NCBI GenBank assembly: GCA_000708835.1
Contig: DF237057.1
Coordinates: 1-64,000, forward strand
Source: Klebsormidium nitens
Lineage: Eukaryota > Plantae > Klebsormidiophyceae
Direction: 5' to 3'
DNA: 64,000 nucleotides
Shown here one piece after another: positions 34,501-46,458 of the stretch (position 1 is its first letter; every line of letters starts with the position of its first letter). A program made the position numbers and the translations under genes. The notes below the pieces were generated by a model. The model saw only the letters and a list, made by a program, of their open reading frames with translations, was not told the origin of the DNA and did not search any database.

Positions 34501-36770
34501 AGCCTTCATCCTAAGAAAGTCAAAGGTGAGGCGTCCACGTGGCGAGTACGAACGAGCAGGTGCAGGCATGGTTTTTATGCTGGCGCTATCTTCCTTGGGG
34601 TTCATGATATATGACTTTCTATGTGATCTGCAGTCTGGCTGTATGATTCCACATATGGCGGGGAAAGGGTCAGGCAGTCAAGTTCTGTCAGAGTTCTGAG
34701 CAAGTCAAGTGCGGGGCTGCACTTGCAGTACGGAAAAATAGCCTTCGTTTCTACACGATTAAGGTGTGGCTGCGACGCGGCCAGTGTATAAGCAGTCGTC
34801 GTTGCAAGGGATTCTACTCGCTGATACGGCAAGCCCGAAGCGCTGCAAGTCCTCATGCCAGAAGAGGGAAAGAGCAATTGTTCGCTCGTAGCAAAGCGTA
34901 CGCGAATTTGTGTTGGAATTGAGGGGACGCTGAGCGTAAGTCCGGAAACATGCTGGACGATGTTTCCTGGATTGCCGCGTCGGCTGACAAGTGTGGTTGT
35001 GCAAATTCAAGCGCGTCTCTTTTCCCAATTTGACGTCTACTTCCAGTGCCAGGTGCCTTCGCAATTCTAGTCGAGTATTCAAGGATATCCTTGGACACTG
35101 ATATTGACAGTCTGAAGTCGTCCTCAATCTCTCTTCCGCAAAACTTTACATCTTGAAAACGACTGCGTCTGATTGCTCGTAATAAACCACGACTTCTCAG
35201 AAATTTGTGTTGATTTCACAGGAGTACACGCACTCTGACCATCACGAGCTAGCGCTGAATCTCTTGGAGCGCACGCGGGACTCGGAGACCAACCTCCGGA
35301 GTGGCGCACTGATCGATGCTGGAAACCTGCACTACTACGGCCGGGTACAGATAACGGAACCCGACGAACGGTCTGGCTCCGTGTCTGGAAGCCACGTGGC
35401 TCTGCAGTACTACGAGGAAGCTGCCGAAAGTGAGTCTAGTCTGGTCTCCGGTTTCTTGCCGGCCGAGATGCCTTCGTCATATGAGGCAGGAATGTTGAAC
35501 GGCATTTTACTAATCGTCCTTCGTGTCAAAGTGTGTGTTCGCTTCTGTAGGGCATTTGCTGCCGACTCGCACGTCCTTCCTTTGTTGTCCGTCTTTCTTT
35601 TTCTCGTTGTGGAGCACAACTCCGGCCTCTCATCTGAAGCATTTCAGCGCAAATTTGTCCGAAAGGACATCTGACGCATTAGCCCGCCAGGGCTCGGTCG
35701 CTTTTGTTAATCGTCCAGAGAGTGGAGTATTACGCTGTCTCCTCGCTTTAATGCCTTTATTCCGTCCAAGACACCGGAAGCATTTCAAGCCTCGTTAGAA
35801 CTACATTCATCCAAAGAGGTTTGCACGTAACCCAAATTCACGAACCCTCCTCTGCCACATGTAACGACTCGGAGGCCCTGTAAAGTCTAGCTTGGGTGTG
35901 CTAGCACTGGTCTCGCTCTATTTTCTGCATTTCGTTCTTGGACGTTAAAAGCTTTTCGAGGTTCAAACCACTCGTACCCGATGATTGCTGTCATAAACCC
36001 AAACTCAACCTCCTCTTTGATCCCAGTAACGATCCGGAATCTCTGTACAGCCTAGCATGGGTCTACATCTTGCTTCAACATCCGCATCTCCTTACAGACA
36101 CGAACGCTGTTCCGGTATCACTTGAGACGATAATATCAATGGTCATTGACGTAACCCAGAAAGCTTTTTTTCTGCCCCAGGTAACGACCCGGAGGCCCTG
36201 TACAGTCTAGCGTGGGTCTACGAGCACGGGGAGCTCGGGCAGCCACGGGACCACCACAAGGCCCTCGACCTTCTAGACGAGGCCATGGAACATGCGTACT
36301 TAGAAGAGTTGCTTCCTTTAGCGGTCGCTCTCACATACTTCCAATCGCACGATATTTACTTACGTGTAGTCGGGTTTGCGGAGAGGAGCAAGCGAGGTTT
36401 TGTAGGTGCGCTAGAGGGGGTCGTTGCGCAAGGAGATACGATCCTTCTGTTGGTCCTCTCGACGATATTGTTTTGGGTCGTGGCGCGGTTAAGGAGGCGC
36501 CTTGACCAAGTCGAGCATCGGACTCTTGCCGCAAGGACGATTGAGGTTAGTGGGGAGGAGAGCCAGCCAGAGAGCGTTGCAGTGAGTCATGCTTCGGAAG
36601 TGGTTGTTGCTCCGGGGGGAGTGCATATCGGAGATGCTGCGCCGTTGGTTGGTCAGGTTCCAAACGAGAATCGAGATGGGGATCCGGGAGCGAGTGGTTT
36701 CAGCCACCCAACAACGGGAAGGCCGGGGGATCTGAGGCATAGGGCAGCATCGACTCGGGCACAAGGTTGA
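28528..36770 (+). CDS. HRD3: HRD3/SEL1L ERAD component (Sel1-like repeats, signal peptide, C-terminal TM segment); 9 exons, about 1056 aa
   Basis: Exons 28528-28594, 29321-30720, 31252-31440, 31908-32090, 32565-32753, 33458-33640, 34364-34525, 35222-35429, 36181-36770; phases consistent, total 3171 nt. Signal peptide MAGGALRAVGLIVVIVITTWLT. Sel1 repeats 'AQFLLGVLASTG', 'AAFNLGYMYMRG', 'AYNGLGVLYYSGWGVPQNFTKAKEYF', 'YNLGSLYMGGFGV'. HRD3-typical 'LLRYLIMAEQGSHVACANAAFIL'. TM segment ILLLVLSTILFWVVA followed by RLRRR. Confidence 0.92.
32907..33520 (+). repeat. Five-unit tandem array of the HRD3 intron 5 / exon 6 junction (129-146-bp period)
   Basis: (G)ATGCAG|TACAA(C/T)CTGGGCA(G/C)T..TAC-type units with the TAC at 32914, 33049, 33178, 33312 and 33458 (functional). 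Confidence 0.92.
35851..36235 (+). repeat. Three-unit array of the HRD3 intron 8 / exon 9 junction (about 155-166-bp period)
   Basis: GTAACGA(C/T)(C/T)CGGA...CTGTA(C/A)AG(T/C)CTAGC.TGGGT at 35861, 36026 and 36181 (functional). Confidence 0.9.
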
Positions 36771-37088
36771 GCGCCAAACAGTTCGTCGGAAGGTGTCAGT
36801 GTCTGGTCGGACGCTAACTTTGTATTCTCGTGCATATGTTATTGGACCGAAGATGTCCGTGTATTTCAAGGAATTGGGTTTGGTAAAGGTAGACACATTG
36901 TATATGGTTGTTGTGCACCAAATCTGATATGGCAGATGATCATGCATGCATCGTCTATTCTGGCAATTGCATGTACCTGGTTGTAGTTCAATCAAGGTTA
37001 GATCTACGTGTACTAAGATAGCAAGGTTGCCATGCTCCTTATGTAAGTCACAGAGTACACTGCAAGCCAACCGGCCCTGTTTCACGAT

Positions 37089-37230
37089 ATGGGGGCCTCT
37101 TACAATGTGAAACCACGTTGGACGCGCCTTGCTATGCCATATAAGCTCACTATTAAGGCGATGGCGGCCTCTTACAATGTGAAACCATGTTGGACGCGCC
37201 TTGCTATGCCATATAAGCTCACTATTAAGG
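37089..37230. repeat. Intergenic direct tandem duplication, 72-bp unit x2, nearly identical
   Basis: GGCCTCTTACAATGTGAAACCA(C/T)GTTGGACGCGCCTTGCTATGCCATATAAGCTCACTATTAAGG starts at 37094 and again at 37166. Confidence 0.95.
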
Positions 37231-38229
37231 TCATGCAGTACTGTCAATTAGCATGTTGTTACTTTCACTCTGTGTCCGGGCGCGCGGCCATTTGACAAAC
37301 ATGACGGGGGTTCCCGTAAGCTAGATCAAACACGTAAAGGGCACGGGCCCAATACAATCTTTCACTCTCGGAAGTGACATGCATATGCGTCTTTGCGTCT
37401 AGCACTCGATTGGGGTCATATAGGGACGATCATATGACCAACGGAATGACCAACTGGGCACATCTCAGGATATTATACCTGAGCTTGGTGGATCACAAAA
37501 TCCTCAGATCGCCATTTTGAGGTCGGCGACCATTGTCCGTACAGCTGTGTATCTGGGGTAGGTGTCTCATAGTTTCGGGAGGTATTTGACAATCTCAGAT
37601 GATGTCAGATGACTCAGATCTTAGCACTCAGTGGGGCCTTCCGCGCACTTCGAAGTTCACGGTCGACGAGGATTTAGGTGCACCGTACCCCCGACAGGTT
37701 GTAGAATACATCTCAGGCCGTCCACTGCTTTTCCAGTATGGATCTCACGGCCGAGGAAAGATTTTGTATATGGCGCAGCAAAGACTCGGAGTTGTCAGAT
37801 GGCGGATCCTGGGACACGATAATGCGTCACACCCGCATCGATGACAGGATATTAAACTGAGGCTGCGTCGTGCTTTACCTGCCGTCCACGCGTGCATTTG
37901 AACGGACAAGATTGAAAGTCAGCGTCCTCGAGGCCAAGGACATCATAAACCCATCAGAACCCTGTCAATAGCATACAGGATGGGTCGCCCTCTTCCATAG
38001 TACCTAATGCAATCAGAATGAAAATTCCGAAATACTTCGATCGCAGGGATATTCGAGTCAAGAATCGGTGGTTGACACAATGAGTTCGACAAGGGGTTTT
38101 GAAGGTTGCAGATTCGGAATGGTGAAAGTAACGATTTGCTCGGTAGACTGCTCTGAACAAAGTTCGGATCCGTTTCGCTTTTCCTGTGTTTCTAGAATCG
38201 CCAACTTCTCGGAATTAAGGGCGACCACT

Positions 38230-41200
38230 GCTCATTGACAGACGGATACCAGCAGCCCGGATTGCAGCAGAGGTGGTGCCACGCCTGAGCTCTTGAATGC
38301 TTCATCATTGCTGCCAAAATGGCAGCATTCAGACTCCAGCCTCAGGACCTGGGCCAGCCTGCCAGGAGGAGGAGCTTTCCTTTGCGGTGGCGGGCATTGT
38401 TTTCAGCGGCGCAGCTTCTACCAGGAGGCATAAGGGTGTTCATTTCAGAAACAGTTAGACAGGGTTTTGGGCACCTGGACTCAGCGCGAACATAGGTATC
38501 TGCTGGGACCTTTCTGAAAGCGCTGCAACAGCTGCTGGTGCGTCCTGAGGTGATGTATGGATGGAGAATAAGATTTACATGAGAGGAGCAGCAGCAATGA
38601 GAGTGTCAAGCTAGGAAGGCCTCTGGCACGGGGTATTCTCGAATAGGTAGACTACAGCCTTCAAATCAGCTGGACTCTCTTGTTGGACAGCTTCTCCAGC
38701 ATACGTCATTTACGCATTGGTTGGAGTACGGCGGGGAATGGTAGGCCCGAGACTTCTTGGACCATTGGCAGACTGCATACGTTGAAGTGCAAGCGCTCTG
38801 CAGGGCCGTGCAGGTCAGGAACAAACCTTTTAACTGCTTTTACGCGGCCTTCTCCTGTTTTTACTTCCTCTTTTTGGACTGGTTTGAGTGGATTGGCACC
38901 TTGAGGTGCAGGTACTTAGGTCCAAGAGATCTAAGGACAGCTCTTGCGCCACTGCAATAGTACTCTGCGGTTTCTGTTGAGCTTTTGAGGCCCCTCTCAT
39001 TGCTGTTCAAGAAGTGGGGCCGGTGTTGAGGGTTTGAAGCACGCCGTTGAAGCTAAACAGGCGTTGAAGGGCGCAGGTATTGGAGAGTGTTCCTGGTATC
39101 ACATTCTGGCTGTTGCTTTATTAGCATTGGAACGACCTCTTTATGCGGCTGAAAAAGTGCCAGAAGCATAGATCTAGCTGGGTACTGAGTGCTAGACGTA
39201 TGTCTGGGTATGAGGTAAGCTTTCCCACTTCTGTGTTGACACCGTTTGCCTAGTGTACATTCCCGATACCTGGGTATTGGTGAGTTCAAGGCTTGGTGTT
39301 TCATACTGACTCTTACCACAGCTCCTATCAGATCAGAACATCAACCAGAAATGGCCTTCACTACACTTTACAAGCAACGCGTACTCTCCAAACTCTTGGC
39401 GGCTTGGCACCAAGTCACAGTTCCATGATTCCTAACCCTTCAGGCATCCTGAGAGTGCTCATGAACAGCCAGCCAGCAACTTGAGATATCGCCGTTGCAT
39501 TTTGGTTATAGCAACTCCTCACCAATGATAAGCTGACCTACATTTGAGTTTGTCTGCATTTCTTTTGAAGTGGCACCTTTTCAACACGATAAAATCATAG
39601 TTGTGTCTGGTGACCTTTTCGAATCAGAAGGGCTAGGACCTCATACCACAAGGTGCATTTTGGTCCGGAAGTCGCCCTGTCAATTCCGTGTACTGCGGAG
39701 GTCTCGAGCCAGCTTGTTGGCCAAGCTGCCAATGGAATCGCAAACACATTCTAAGATATGTATTTGCAAATTCACCTCCTTATGCACCCCGATTTTGTTT
39801 GTTTCCATTCCTGCTTTTCAGCAAATGCTAGAGTACGGTAAGACGCCAGGGGTTGACCTCTCATTTCCTGACGATCGATGGAAAGCGACGGGAGGTTGTG
39901 TTTGCCTGCTAGTGCAGTCCAGCATTCTCCAGAACCCCTTGATCACCTATTCCGTCTCTCTCTTTTGTCTAAGTGTCATCTAAGTCACCTTTCGGCCGCT
40001 CGATGTTTTGTTAGTTGCAGGGAGCGGTTGCACAACTGGAGCTTCCGTAACTGGTGCTCTGGCGGCGTTGACCGAAGCAACAATTAGTAACAGCTTCTCT
40101 CGGCATTTGTCGAGCGTCTGCTGTGGCAGGAGTCCCACCCTCACATTGCAGAGTTCAAAGTTTGAACCTACAATCTGCTGGCGTCAATAATGTAAAGCAA
40201 GTTGAGAGGATTACACCTGACTCCAGTATGACCTTGGCTTTGAAGTTTGTGTCTAGTGGTGTTCCTGTGGCTCAATGGACTATCTTTTCTTGGTGCAGCT
40301 GTCAGCCCCTCCTCATCGCCATCGTGAGCCCCTCATCGTGAAAGGGGCTCTCATTGACTGGCGCAAGCAGCTACAAAAGCAATGGCAATGCAGGAGCGCC
40401 GTTGATGCGGTCCTATTCTGAGCTGGTAAATCACTCCAGCACTAATATAAAGGTGCCTCCTTTATGCTCGGGCACTTTTAACATGTCTGGGAAAAAGAGA
40501 TTTACAAAAGATTTATCAAGGGCGTTAGTGTCCGGCTCTTTTTGAATATTGTGCGAACCGGTGGTGCATTTGACTCTGAGTCCTCGTGACGCGGGACCAA
40601 TGCACGTATTCCTTTCAGGAATCTGACCTTTGGAGCTGTAAAGGCTCTCGCATTGCTTTTCCCCTTCCCTGGCTGGTTCCTCCACTGGCTGAGCAAGATG
40701 TGAGGGCAAAAGAAAGAACCAGCACAAAGCTCTACTCTCTTTCTTTGAAGATGATGGCACCTTTCAAAGATAGCAACAGCCAAAGGGGTACAATGCAACC
40801 ACCGGAGTGTGATGAAGTGCACGTCACGTGAAACTAGTGGTTGTGTATACAAACGTTTCACTGTAGCGGTTTGGTTCGTGGTTTGACACCAATGCATAGC
40901 AGACAAGACGCCCCGTCGGAGGTGTCTTCGGTTGTTCTGAAAATGGTTTGATTAGGTTTAGGCTTTCATAACCGTGACTTCGAGACATTATGATGCAAAT
41001 GACGATGCAGATGCGTGAGCGGCGCGCATAGCAGAGACACGCGAGCAAAGTCCTGACTGTGTCTGACGCACAAGTCTTACAATGAGAAGTTCATGACCTT
41101 CAGTCTGAAACACGTCATAAGCAAGGTCTTCTCCTGATGAGGGGTTTGTTTGAGGGAGGGCGAGCTTCTGTTATAGGCTGGAAGCGCGGAATGCTTTAGC

Positions 41201-42390
41201 AGCTTTTGGTGGTAATTCTGTGGCGTGTTCCTTGGGGGGCAAGTCATATCACAGTGACCTCGTGAGGCAACGATGTCACTGTCAATGGGGGGGGCAATCA
41301 GAGTCCATGAGGGCAGTGGTACCATGAGGGCATTGGTAATATGCATTCCAAATCCAATCTTAGGTTAATCTGGCAAATGACGGACAAGGGTGTCTTTTGC
41401 TCATATTGTTACGTCAAAGTGGTAGATGCACGGCTCTGATAAGCTTTACTATATATGATGGCGCTTTTGAGGACGAAGTGGTCAGTGGGAAGTGAATTTA
41501 CTCAACCTCAAGGGCTAAGGGCAGAGCCTCTTTGAAGAGCTCAGCTAATGACACCAAACTTCTCTGTATCTGAACAGGTGTAGCCAGCTTCTTTGCTTGC
41601 TATTCACATGTAGAAGCGTCTCATTCTTCAAAAGGATCAAACACCCCACCTTTCCTCATGCAGAGCCTTTGCCAGTAAGGGGGTTCCTCATAATGCAGTT
41701 CGTTTTGGGACAGCGGGTTCTGGAAAGGTGTTAGACGCACGTGGCAACTTCTACGAGTAAGTTGTCCTTATTGTGAGTACTCAATGCTTTTGACTGTTGT
41801 CAAGTACCGTTTCCTTACTGCTGGGATTACCAAGCTGATTTCATAGTGTTTGAAGCTTAAGCGAGTCTCTCATTGGATCCCATTTGAGGAGTGAAGGGTC
41901 TCCTGTTCCAGGTCTGCCTGTTTTGCCCCAGGATTGCTAGTTTGTCCTTCAGAACATGTAGTTGAAAGGTTCCCTCATGGAGTGCAAATGTTTCCCAGTT
42001 GTCTTTGTGGAAATTCATCAGCAAAGCCTGAATAGCTGAAGTCCGTCATTGATTACTTGAAGCAGAGAGTCAATCGACTGCAAGAAGAGCAGGCTTGGCG
42101 CTGCAAAGAATCTCATCTGCTTGCTGACACTCGTCTTCCTTCCTTCCAATCAAGTGTCCGTTATATTGTTTGCTTCTCTTTCAGGTCCTGCCGCCTTCAA
42201 TGTATGCAAAGTGCATGTTATGCTGGGCGTATCAGACTTGACTTTCTCGCTGAGGTTGCAAAGCCTGTCGCTGCGCTCCTATTTCTCTTCCATAATTCAT
42301 GCGGACTCTCTGTCAAGCACCCATCTTCTCCTGGTTTTGTTTCAGGAAGCTGATATTATATTCTGTGTTCACATCACCTCGTGTCTGATA
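38230..42390 (+). pseudogene. Unidentified decayed or unresolved multi-exon gene remnant(s)
   Basis: Protein-like islands separated by intron-like pyrimidine tracts: 'GTFLKALQQLLVRPEV', 'ARDFLDHWQTAYVEVQALCRAVQ|gtcagg', 'QMLEYGKTPGVDLSFPDDRWKATG|', 'LKSVIDYLKQRVNRLQEEQ'. I could not assemble a continuous stop-free model. Confidence 0.3.
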
Positions 42391-42711
42391 CAAAAGGTGT
42401 GCGAAGAAAGGGCTTCTTGCAGGCAGTCTTTTCAGAAAGAAGTCTCATCAATAGACCGCAGCTACCGGCTATGTGGCAGTCCAGGCACATCCTTTATCCG
42501 CAGTAGTCGCCCTTCTTTTTCCCCTCTGGCAGCCGATCATCTACCGCTCCTGCATAAGGTCTCCCCGAACCATAAGCACCCCCCAAGCCATATGCTTTCT
42601 CCAAACCCCTTGTTTGTAAGACGGGTATTCACCGTCGCCCCCCTCACCCCCTCGCAGGTGTTCGATACCATCTCCATCATCCGATATAAGCACACACCCC
42701 AGCCATAAGCT

Positions 42712-45700
42712 ATGGAGGACGCCATGGATGTGGTGATGCTGGTAAACCAGGTCCAGGCTGCGGCCAAAAACGTGCGCGACCATAAGCACATGGTTGTCCA
42801 GCTGGCGGGCCGCATCAGTGCGCTCCAGAGCCTCATCCTGAGCCTTGTGGAAGACAACGGCCAGGCGTGCCCGTCAGAGTTTCTGGAGCGGTTGCAGGTA
42901 AGAGGGCAATAGATGGCTCACACAAGCGATCGCTCCGCTCTTTGTGGTGATGCTGCACCTACTCGTCAAGAACTTGATCAAACGCTTGCTTAAAACGAGA
43001 CTACTAAGTGCAAGAAAGCAGAGGAACAGGCTTTCGTAAAGAGGTCTCGTTTGCAATCGTTTTGGTTATAACGCTTTGGTGGTCTGCTTGTGCAATATGC
43101 CGTCCTTGGTTATGTCCTTCCCCTTTGCACCATCTAAGACTGCCTATCGCCACCAGTCTGCGCAAACCAATTGTTCAGACGTTGGCAGTAATTGTTTCTG
43201 CCAGTCCTCAGCTCTGCCATGTTGGATCCGGAGTAGAAAGCAGTGACGAGGGGGCTAGAGACGTCAGCCTTATCTGGTGTCTTTTGACTGGGAGGTTGAT
43301 TTGCTTCTGTTCAGCTTCCAGTTCTGGTTCGGGCCCTTCAGAGGATATGAAGAAGCACGACCAGCTTGGATGAGCAACAAGATTCCACTTGCACGGTCTG
43401 TAACGATCTTCGTTTTTATCCTTTACCCACTTACTGTAAAAGCGTAGCAACGCGCCTGGTGGGGGATACATCAGAACCGTTCATGATGTAATCATTCAGA
43501 CTTCTCGTAGACCCTCCAAACACAAAAAGGAGGAGTTGATGTGTTCCGGCACATATCAGAGGCAGCAAAACGTGTTTCAAGAGCCCATATTGGAATTTGG
43601 GTTCTACATTTCCATATGCTCAAAATCCCGTCTGCGTCTGTTTCCAGGAGGAACTAGAGGCGGCTGTCACGTCCATCAACCGCTGCACGCGAAGCAACGG
43701 CTACCGCGAGCGCTACTTCGATGACATCACCATCGACCTGAAGGACGTCAACTTCCGCATCGTCAACTGGCTCGGCGACATGCGCGCGCACATGGTTTCT
43801 GCAGGGATGCTCGAGGGGCGCGACCAACCGCACCACCAGTCCCGCGCGCTGCGCATCCTGAAAGAGATCCGGGACTCTCAGGAGCGCTTCGAAGACTTCG
43901 GCTCGTTCGCCGACGCCGAAATGAAGGACTCCCGCGGAGAGTCCGCGGACCCGAACCGGAAGTCCGTCAGCGGGCGGAAGACGAGCATGGACCTGCGCCG
44001 TGTCCGCCGCTCGATCGGGGGCGGCTCGCGCCAGGGGAGTCTGAGCATGGAGTACCGGTCCCGCCCGAACAGCATCGAGCGGAGCCGTAATAACAGCTTC
44101 TCGTCAGAGGATAGTCGACGGGACTACCGCCCACGGTCACTGTGGACCGAGTCCGTTTTAGAGGAGGAGGCGCGGATCGACGAGCTGCGGCGGCGGGCGC
44201 GGGCGGAGCTTGGGGAGATGAACCGGGAGAAAGGCTCGGGAAGGCGGAGCTCGGATGACTACTACCGGCAGAAGGGGCGGGACTCGAGGGATTACGCTCG
44301 CGGGGAGCGGCGCGACTCGGAGGAGTACTATCGGGAGAGGGGACGGCGGGAGTCGGAGGAGATGTACCAGCGTGAGAAAAGGGGGGGGAGGCAGTCGCTG
44401 GGGGAGGGGCACGCGATTTTGGCCCCTGCTGAAGCGGTCAATTTCCACGACGAGGTCGACCGGGTGCTCGCGGCGCTGGACAACACCGGGGACATGGACC
44501 GGGTCATTCAGCAAATCATCGAGACCCAGACGTTGGGCGAGCGGGAGCGCGAGTTCCTGCTCGGGAAGTCGGAGCGGCTCAAGAAGGAACGCGCGGCGGA
44601 GCCGAAGGGCCCCGTTTTCGGGGATGTTGGCGTCGGGCCCTGGGGCGGCAGCGACGAGGACGCCGAAACGCGAGCGAACAGGGCCCGTCCCGCGGAAGAC
44701 ACCGAGCAGCAGCTGCTGAAGGACGTGGAAGAAGCGCGGAAACTGGCGCGTGAGTTCCGGGACGGCAAGAAGCAGTATAGAGAGGTACAGGAAGAGCTGC
44801 TCGGCTCAGATTTGGGGTATCTCCCGCAGACGGTGAAGGAAGAGGCGGCGGTGGCGGTTGTCGAGATCACGACGGCGCTTGCGGTGGCGGAATCGGCGAC
44901 GATTGGATCGGAGACGGGGGAGCAGCCGTGGACTTACTCACCCCCCCGGGGCGGTATGGACTCGATCCCGGAGGGATCTATCGGGGTTCAGACCCCCCTA
45001 GTACGAAAGGTTTCCGCAGCCCTAGTCGCGGCCGGTAACGACGCGCCGACTCGGCGGATGTCTTCCGGGGGTGCGCAGCGGCCGAGTATCATTCCGCTCG
45101 ACCTGCCGAAAGCGGCGCGGCTGAAGCGGACTCGGTCGAACGAGCCGACGACTCTGGAGGACGACATCGCGGCGGCGCTGAAAGCGCAGCAGGAGGTTGC
45201 GGGGCAGGCTGCGGAGAAGCAGCTGGTTGCGGCGCCCGGCGTGATCGCGATCGGGCAGAACGGCCCGGTGGCGATCGGCGCCAAAGGGGCGGGGATCACC
45301 GGGTGGCCGGCGGGGCTGCTGCGCACTGCGAGCATCCCCCCCGGGCCGGCGTCGCGGACAAATCCCGAGGCGCTGCTGAAGGATAAGCAGCGGGAGGAGG
45401 CGAGCGTAATGGAGAAAGTGTACACGGCGCTGAAAGCGGTGAAGATCGGGGAGTTGATGAAGCCGGAGGAGTTGCTCGAAGGTGACGGCAAACGGACGTC
45501 GTTCTGCGAGCTGCCGACCGGCCCGCGGGTGCTCAGGAAAGACACGAAGGAGGTCAAGAAGGAGATTGTCAGCTTCATGGACGAGATTAACGCCGCGCTC
45601 GAGAAAGCGCGCTCGGGACCCCCCCCCGGATCCGAGAACCTGTCGCGGGAACCCCCCGCAGAGTTCATCTGCCCCCTCTCAGGCGCGCTGATGCGCGACC

Positions 45701-46458
45701 CAGTGCTGCTCATCGAGACCGAGCACAACTACGAGCGCGTTTACATCGAGCGGTGGTTCGCGCGCGGGCACCGGGTGTGCCCGGCCTCCGGGGTGGCTGT
45801 TCACACCACAACCACGCTGCGCAACCACAAGTTGCGGGGGCAGATCCTGGACTGGGTGAAGCTGGAGGAGATCTCCCCCCGAGTGGAACTGGTCCAGCCC
45901 CGGGCGGAGGTGCCCCTGTCGTCCACACCACGTGGCACCCCCGAGGGCGTGCCACGTGGCACCTTCGAGGCACGTGGCCCGCCCTCGAGCGGCGCGTCGT
46001 CCACCATCTCGATGAACGGCCGCCATGACGACATCATACTCGACCTGGCTCCCGACGGGTCGGTTGAAGCGGCGCAAGCGGAGGATGGGGCTCAAAAGAT
46101 TCGGGCGGAGCAGCCGGTTGAACCGGTTACACCGGCCGGGGTTGAGGGGCCGGGTGCATTGCCCAACGGACGGGGAAAGGAGTCGGAAATTGGCCATGAG
46201 GTCAGCGAAGCGGGGGCTCAGCAGGAGGAAAAGATATCCGGCGCGGAGATTGTGGCGACCGGTTCCGCGGTCGAAGAGATTGTCGCAGAGGAGGGGAAGG
46301 GAGAGGAGCCTGTCACTGGCGCTGCGGGTGAGGCGGAGTCTTCGAAAGAGGAACAAGGCGCTGAAGCACCGAAAAGGCTTTTGACCGTCACCAGTCGGGT
46401 GAAATCCGCGATTGAGTTCTTCAATTCTGCAGCATTTGTTCCTCCCCAGGCTAGCTAG
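42712..46458 (+). CDS. U-box E3 ubiquitin ligase with an N-terminal MLKL/MCAfunc/UND-like helical bundle; 2 exons, about 998 aa
   Basis: Exons 42712-42897 and 43648-46458 (phase 0). U-box 'PPAEFICPLSGALMRDPVLLIETEHNYERVYIERWFARGHRVCPASG...LRNHKLRGQILDW' at about 45652-45855. The N-terminus MEDAMDVVMLVNQVQAAAKNVRDHKHMVVQLAGRISALQSLI...LQEELEAAVTSINRC resembles plant PUB N-terminal domains. Confidence 0.9.
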
